From Takakia lepidozioides (lineage: Eukaryota; Plantae; Bryophyta), in assembly GCA_030704615.1 (NCBI GenBank), contig CM060731.1:3720001-3784000 (forward strand): 64,000 bases of DNA. The letters run 5' to 3'. Made by a program: the position numbers and the translations under genes. Below are positions 60,683-64,000 of the stretch, one piece after another (position 1 is the stretch's first letter; every line of letters starts with the position of its first letter). The notes under the pieces were generated by a model. That model made no database searches. It was not told where the DNA came from and was given only the letters and a program-made list of their open reading frames with translations.

Positions 60683-61929
60683 CTGCATGGCTCAAAAAGT
60701 CCTAGTCACAACCTTAAAAATTTTAACTTCACCAATACACCTCACAGTTCCTTGACACTTCAAGAAAATATCTAAAGTCCCCTTGCTACCTATTTACGGG
60801 GTTACAAGACTCCAGTAGTAGTCTGAGAATAATCTGTCTTCACGTGATTTGAATCCTTGACTTGTCATCAACACAATACCCACCTTCACAGTGGGTGTTG
60901 ACATTAGACCCCTCACCAGATTCTACTAGACTTTATGTCATGGCTTCTAGCTCTGTCTTCACGCAAGCAGGGTTTGCTGGATGCTCAATCCAAAGGCCCT
61001 GCTTTGTGTGCTCATGTGAAGTCTGGTGGTCTTGGTCTTATCTGTTAAAAAGCCATGAGGCTGCAGCAGAGCACTGATAGCTTTAACCATGGCGTCATGT
61101 AGACCAGGCTACGACAACCCAAACTCCACACTGACTGTTTTAAACAACTGGCCACAACTATGCCGTCCACCTTGAAGAACCACTGTCAAAGGCGTGTGAC
61201 ACAGGCTGATTTCATATGAAATAGTCAAAGCACCTGAGACCATGGTCTAATCTGTAAAAAGACATCACCACACCAGTTCAATAAATGTCAATCTCCTTTA
61301 CATCATAGCTCAATGTGATGAGCAGTCAGTAATAAAGGAAGCTAGCCTCACCTTATCACACCTTTTGTCCCACCATTGTGAAGGATCTGAGATAAGTCCC
61401 ACCAATGTTGTTCTAAGCTCATTGTATGGCCTGCATGCAAACACCGCTACAATCCAGATCTTTAGCATTTCCTAATAACCTGAGAATTTTTGAGGAATGC
61501 TACTGTAAAAACTCTCTCTGTGTAGCAATGCAATCACAGCCACAAGTGTCACATCCATGAGGTTGGGAACTAGACGCGCGTAGTGCTCGAATCAACATTC
61601 TCATTTGTAGCATGATGTCTAAAATCGACACTCAATTCCGTGCAACAGGTTTTCGTTGGCTGTGCAGGAGCGCCCCATCCGCGGGAAGTATGCTCTCGAA
61701 TGTACATCACAGTCACCATTTGCAGGGAAGGGTCAATCAGTACATCCCTCCCACCAATGTCCGCGTCAAGTCTATGGTCACGAGACTCTTTGCATAATGA
61801 AAGAGACCAAAGCGCTCCAGGAATTCGCAGCTGGATTTCCGTGAGCTATGCGTAAGCCTGTCATCATCCTCACCCCGAGGACAACCAAAGTGGGTGTTCC
61901 CCAAAGTAAGGTATCCCGCAGGTAGATAC

Positions 61930-61931
<2 letters not shown>

Positions 61932-61964
<33 letters not shown>
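61932..61964. repeat. (CT)n microsatellite
   Basis: About 16 CT units between the divergent PPR2 and NUA genes. Confidence 0.95.
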
Positions 61965-61967
<3 letters not shown>

Positions 61968-62846
61968 CAACGAATAGAGTACAAATACAACATAAACTCC
62001 CGAAAATACTGACCGAAATCGGTGATATGCCTCCTGGGTTCTTCAATGACATGAAAACTAGATACTGGATCGCTGAGTTAACTAAGAGACCCAAAAGATG
62101 TTGCACCTCCTACCTCTCTCGGTTTCTTTACAGACCGTGGAGGCAGTCCGTGCTTCGGGTTCATCGTCCAGGTGGATGCCCGCTTCAGCTCCACAAAATG
62201 GCCTGTCAAGCTACTGCATGATGTAAACCCGCAAGCCCGTTCCCAATAAATTGACGCCTGCCTGTCTTCTTGCGCGCAGAAGAACCCCGAGCTCCCTGCC
62301 ATCGCTGTTGCTTGCGAGCGCATCCTTTCCTGCATTTATATATCTATGTATAAACTGTACACGATGACTGTAGTGACTTTCTACCGCAGGATGAATGTCT
62401 TGTACCAAAGTCTTCTGAAGTTGACCTGAAGATCTGGGCCGTGGAAAAGCATTTCCAGGATTTTATATTCAGAATTCCAGAAGACCCATCTCTCTTCTTC
62501 CCTCCATCGATTTCTCGACAGAGAATGGTAGTGGGGAACGATCCATCCCTTGCATGCATGGCCTCTTCCTGAGGTTTTGTGTCGGTACCTGATGGTAGTT
62601 TTCACGTTATTTTTTTCCCGCCTCAGGTTGTGACTGTCTGTGTTGGGGGTGCTGTGGTTTAGTTGCCGTGTCCTTTTTTTAGTTCACGACTGTTATAAAG
62701 TTTCTCAGATTCTTTAAAGAGGCACAGCTGCGGGGTGCGCAAGCGACGAGGGTTTTGTTTCTGTGGGTTTCTCTACCTTGACTTGAGATTGTTGTGGAAT
62801 AGGAGAGAGAGGCAAAGCTGCATGGTACAGCACCTGTGTAGGCAGA

Positions 62847-63152
62847 ATGCCTCTGTTTATGTCAGATACGGAGCTCGAGCAGGAAAGAGGCAATCTCAGT
62901 GTGGTAGTTGGACGCGCCGATGTGTACATACGGGACCTTCAAACGCAGCTGGAGACACACAAGGCCCGGGCGGACGCGGCTGCCATCAATGCGGAACAAA
63001 CATGTGCTTTGATCGAACAGAAATTTCTGGCTCTCTCTGCCCAGTTTTCTCAGCTTGAAAGTGAGAAGGAGCAAGGCTTGGCCACGTTGGACCGCCGGTC
63101 CACTGAGCTCGCTCAAGCTCAGGCACAAACACACAAGTTGGAGATCGAATCT
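62847..63152 (+). CDS. NUA: Nuclear pore anchor / TPR nucleoporin, first coding exon (gene continues beyond the window)
   Basis: MPLFMSD.EL..RAD.YIR..ARADAAAINAEQTCALIEQKFL.LS..FSQLESE..ELAQAQAQ matches the plant NUA N-terminus. GTATGT donor at 63153. Confidence 0.92.
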
Positions 63153-64000
63153 GTATGTGTTTTCTGCCCTCCAATTCGTCCAGCTTGCAGTAATTAGGGG
63201 AATTTCGATGCAGGGAGGTTTGCATTGTTCTTTACGTACTTTTCTCACTCCCCCCTTGTAATCAATCAGTGAAGTAGCTAAAACAGTGCCTATTAGTCTG
63301 TCCATGTCAAGACTTATTAAGCAACCACTACGAGGGTGAATGACGAACCTGCCAGTAGATGGATTTCCTCTCCAGCATGAGACGTGGAGAACAAGGAGAA
63401 TTTTGAGTCCACTTCAATCATCGTCACACTTATGAACAACGCTCCTCTCCAACTCTCCGTCAGCTTTTTGTCTAGTATACCCATGGGGCTCTTCACACAC
63501 CATTCAAATTACAACTCTGGGGGGGTTTTAGTGGCGCCAGTCAACTGAAGCCTTGAAGAATGCATAGCGTGCTTGGGATGTGTGTGCAAATGAGACCAAT
63601 ATTAGGGTTTTACTTTCATGTTAGGGTTTTTCATTCTTTTCAATGCCTCAATAGCACTAGATTCATACTAGGTGTAAGCAGTGCTGCAGCTAGATGCCAT
63701 ACCTCTTGCAGTGGCCATTCCATTGTAGCCAGGGAATAGTCTGCTGCACAAATTCTACATGGGAACTGCGGTCAGTGGATGAGCTGTTACATGTCAGGTG
63801 TGAAAAACCTGAGAACTGTAGGCGCATGCTGTCTAAGGCAGGATATTGGAAAGACATCAGCAGGCTTACAGCAAGCAAGTGCCCCCTGCACAGAGTTTGT
63901 TTATTTAATACTTTTTAAATTTCATGTGATAGGATAATGAGTTGCGTAAAAGAGAAGCCCACATGTGTTCCATTTTAGCCTAAGAGAAGAAGAGATGAAA

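Overview
Eukaryotic nuclear DNA from a land plant. A non-seed lineage (bryophyte, lycophyte or fern) is likely, inferred from the style of the PLS-PPR genes and the transposable element (TE) families. The first ~45 kb is a deeply nested TE graveyard. It holds three copies of one Galadriel-like chromoviral Ty3/gypsy family (987-8366 +, 17161-21592 +, 27977-34935 -; only the last has both LTRs) and one CACTA family (an 848-bp non-autonomous copy, a large copy with head-to-head TnpA/TnpD genes, and a second TnpD split by an apparent 3.7-kb inversion). It also holds a foldback/MULE-like element carrying an orphan ORF, the 3' end of a second LTR family with an orphan ORF, a chimeric RPS3a/PPR pseudogene array, a TTAA-flanked piggyBac-like element, a 5'-truncated Dualen/RandI-like LINE (chromodomain, RNase H, CCHC, RLE) and a tRNA-derived SINE. 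The last ~19 kb is gene-rich: a secreted GNA/bulb-type lectin, a trihelix/Myb-SANT gene, two tandem PLS-class PPR genes with decayed E+/DYW tails, and the first exon of NUA/TPR. The strongest new observation is that the LINE 3' end and the nearby SINE 3' end share a three-hairpin RNA motif with conserved linkers and loop and compensatory stem changes, pointing to a LINE-SINE partnership. All alignments, folds and family calls were made by eye; no searches were run.
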